Shown here piece after piece: positions 63,763 to 64,000 of a stretch of 64,000 bases of DNA. A program made the translations under genes and the position numbers. The notes beneath the pieces are model-generated. The model was not told the DNA's origin. It made no database searches and saw only the letters and a program-made list of their open reading frames with translations. The first letter of the stretch is position 1. Each line of letters opens with the position of its first letter. Source of the DNA: Trichosphaerium sp. ATCC 40318 (taxonomy: Eukaryota > Protista > Tubulinea); NCBI GenBank assembly GCA_038496445.1, contig JALMLS010000179.1, forward strand, positions 62,001 through 126,000. Reading direction: 5' to 3'.

Positions 63763-64000
63763 TGTTTGTCACTGCTACTTGGCTCAGTCAAAACTATTCT
63801 TTAACCAATCACCTGGTGAGAGACTAGTTTAATTATTTCTATTTCTGCTAAAAAAAGTGTATACACAAAATAAAAAGCCATCGGGAGCAGTTAGAACTTC
63901 TAAACACCATGTGGTGCCATTGTAAAAACAGCGAAAAAACAAGGTATCAACTGGCCATTCTTAAAATTGTCTTACCTCAATCCAACTACCAAGTGTGGTG

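Noticed and set aside
1-64000. CRISPR arrays, rRNA, intact transposons, alternative genetic code
   Set aside because: None seen. In-frame stops in conserved genes are explained by introns, and TAA, TAG and TGA all terminate genes.

Overview
AT-rich, gene-dense eukaryotic nuclear DNA with many short spliceosomal introns (mostly about 40-80 nt, donors often GTACG/GTAAG). The gene content suggests an amoebozoan-like protist (inference). I spliced about 27 protein-coding genes by hand. Recognisable ones include a RhoGEF-PH-Kelch protein, a GH7 glucanase, a GT31 glycosyltransferase, a Rab-like GTPase, flavocytochrome b2, KANSL2-like, WASH1-like, ELM2-SANT, a Greatwall/MAST kinase, COQ6, PLAC8, CHCHD2, NF-YB and a purine phosphoribosyltransferase. 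There are also LRR and MORN pseudogene remnants and a local ~1 kb duplication. The standout is a 124-nt Pol III-type RNA gene at 37219-37342 (-). It is a circularly permuted tRNA-Gln(UUG)-like cloverleaf with the acceptor stem closed by a 3-nt loop and the 5'/3' ends paired into a long stem entering at the anticodon arm. It could be a YrlA/Y-RNA-like tRNA mimic or a new kind of permuted tRNA needing 5' repair. Other highlights: a signal peptide + dynamin-like + class-3 lipase fusion, a bacterial-type pseudo-metalloprotease adhesin, a COQ6 that appears to start at ACG, frequent GC-AG introns, and strong CACGTG enrichment. All exon boundaries and family calls are by eye, without database searches.
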